From: Alphaproteobacteria bacterium
GTDB taxonomy: Bacteria; Pseudomonadota; Alphaproteobacteria; Bin95
Direction of reading: 5' to 3'
Length of the DNA: 64,000 nucleotides
NCBI GenBank assembly: GCA_965205265.1
Contig: CBDBGH010000003.1
Coordinates: 1,824,001 to 1,888,000, forward strand
The notes beneath the pieces are model-generated. The model worked only from the letters and a program-made list of their open reading frames with translations, searched no databases and was not told the origin of the DNA. A program made the translations under genes and the position numbers. Shown one piece after another: positions 62,910 to 64,000 of this stretch. The stretch's first letter is position 1. The number at the start of each line of letters is the position of its first letter.

Positions 62910-63214
62910 CGGTCGAGGACCGACTCGAACCCTTCGAATTGCGGGTGGCCGAGATAGAGGTCGCGCCGGCCGCCGGCGCCCGCATGCGCCTTCCGGAACG
63001 CTTCCGAGCGCGTCCAGTCAGCGAAGGCGTCCCGGTCGCGCCAGACCGAGTGGGAGGCGTAGAGCGTGTGGTCTTCCTCCTCCGGCCCCCTGAGGAGGCG
63101 GAATTCGACAAATCCCGGCACCCCGTCGAGATGGGAGTTGCGCTCCGACCAGAGCTGCTCGAAATCCGCCTCGCGCCCGCGCACGATGCGAAAGCGGTTC
63201 ATTGCAATGAACAT
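62906..63214 (-). CDS. Antibiotic biosynthesis monooxygenase / heme-degrading family protein
   Basis: MFIAMNRF, VPGFVEF.LL, W..SEAFRKAH, GHPQFEGF. Confidence 0.88.
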   Translation of the reverse strand: MFIAMNRFRIVRGREADFEQLWSERNSHLDGVPGFVEFRLLRGPEEEDHTLYASHSVWRDRDAFADWTRSEAFRKAHAGAGGRRDLYLGHPQFEGFESVLDR

Positions 63215-63347
63215 CGCCTGCCCGTCCTTCCCCGCCGCCATCGGCTTCGGGGCAAGAATACCCGGCCGCACCGGCAGGGGAAGCCGCGTTGCGGGCCTGT
63301 CGGCAGCTGCCTATGATGCGCAGCTTCCCGCTCAACGGCCCGTTCCC

Positions 63348-64000
63348 ATGCTGACCTCGCTCCGAAAAGGCGCCGCTTCCTGGCTCGCCAAAATCCTTTT
63401 TGCCCTGCTCATCCTGAGCTTCGCCGCGTGGGGCGTCGGGGACTATCTTTCGCCGGAAGTGGACGACGCGGTGGCCCAGGTCGGCGAGTCCGAGATCGGC
63501 GCCGAGGAGTTCAGGCGCGAATACTCCCGCCAGTTCAATGAATGGCGCCGGCGCCTCGGCGGCAATATGACCCCGGAAATCGCCGCGCAGATCGGCCTGC
63601 CCCAGGAGGTGCTCCGGGCGGCGGTCCGCCGCCGGCTGGTGGAGCTCGAGGCGGGCCGGCTGGGCCTTGCAGTCGGAGACGGCCAGGTCCGCCGCGCCAT
63701 CGAGGAGGACCCGAATTTCGGCGGCCGCCTCGGCGGCTTCGACCGCGCGCTGTTCGAGCGGGTCCTGCTCACCAACGGGCTGACCGAGGGCGAGTTCGTC
63801 GCCATGCTCCGCCGCGATATAACGAGGCGCCAGGTTGACCGGTCGGTCGAGCGCAATGTCCGCGCCTCGCGGAGCATGGCCGAAGCGGTGCACCGCTACC
63901 GGAACGAGACCCGCAAGGCCGTGCTGATCCGGGTGCCGGAGGCCGCGGCCTTTCCGGAAGACCCGGGCGAGGCGGAATTGCGCGCCTGGCACGAAGCCAA
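63348..64000 (+). CDS. ppiD: PpiD-like peptidyl-prolyl isomerase/chaperone (SurA N-terminal domain), partial
   Basis: MLTSLRKGAASWLAKILFALLILSFAAWGVGD, VAQVG..EI, A.RLGL.V.D; runs off window end. Confidence 0.8.
   Translation, partial: MLTSLRKGAASWLAKILFALLILSFAAWGVGDYLSPEVDDAVAQVGESEIGAEEFRREYSRQFNEWRRRLGGNMTPEIAAQIGLPQEVLRAAVRRRLVELEAGRLGLAVGDGQVRRAIEEDPNFGGRLGGFDRALFERVLLTNGLTEGEFVAMLRRDITRRQVDRSVERNVRASRSMAEAVHRYRNETRKAVLIRVPEAAAFPEDPGEAELRAWHEA

Overview
High-GC bacterial chromosome segment, most consistent with a Rhodospirillales-like Alphaproteobacterium. It carries two conserved core blocks: tRNA-Thr/murA/DUF2948/hisG/hisD/UPF0262/LMW-PTP/maf/RNase E-G/yacG, and pckA/chvI/chvG/hprK/rapZ/EIIA-Man/HPr/ahcY. 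These are interleaved with catabolic accessory genes (acyl-CoA, flavin, Rieske, Mo-hydroxylase and CMD enzymes, TRAP/ABC binding proteins), an MT-A70 methyltransferase and a GmrSD-like nuclease. Main items not shown by the ORF track: (1) a UGA-recoded selenoprotein (A-D-U-G-S-C-T-S-C, 23127-23648, minus) with a SECIS-like hairpin, coupled to a thioredoxin-fold CxxC partner of unknown function; (2) a diverged, roughly 500-bp element in two copies (about 8870-9367 plus and 22450-22917 minus), each with a promoter-like AT-rich head, conserved GC-rich blocks, RBS+ATG micro-ORF and 10-bp-period CATGACA repeats; (3) a Cys-to-Asp, Chlamydia/Actinobacteria-type MurA in the native locus; (4) an amidase with one in-frame TAG; (5) a Rieske domain fused to a His-motif helical domain. 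All calls come from motif recognition by eye; no database searches were run, and start codons are best estimates.
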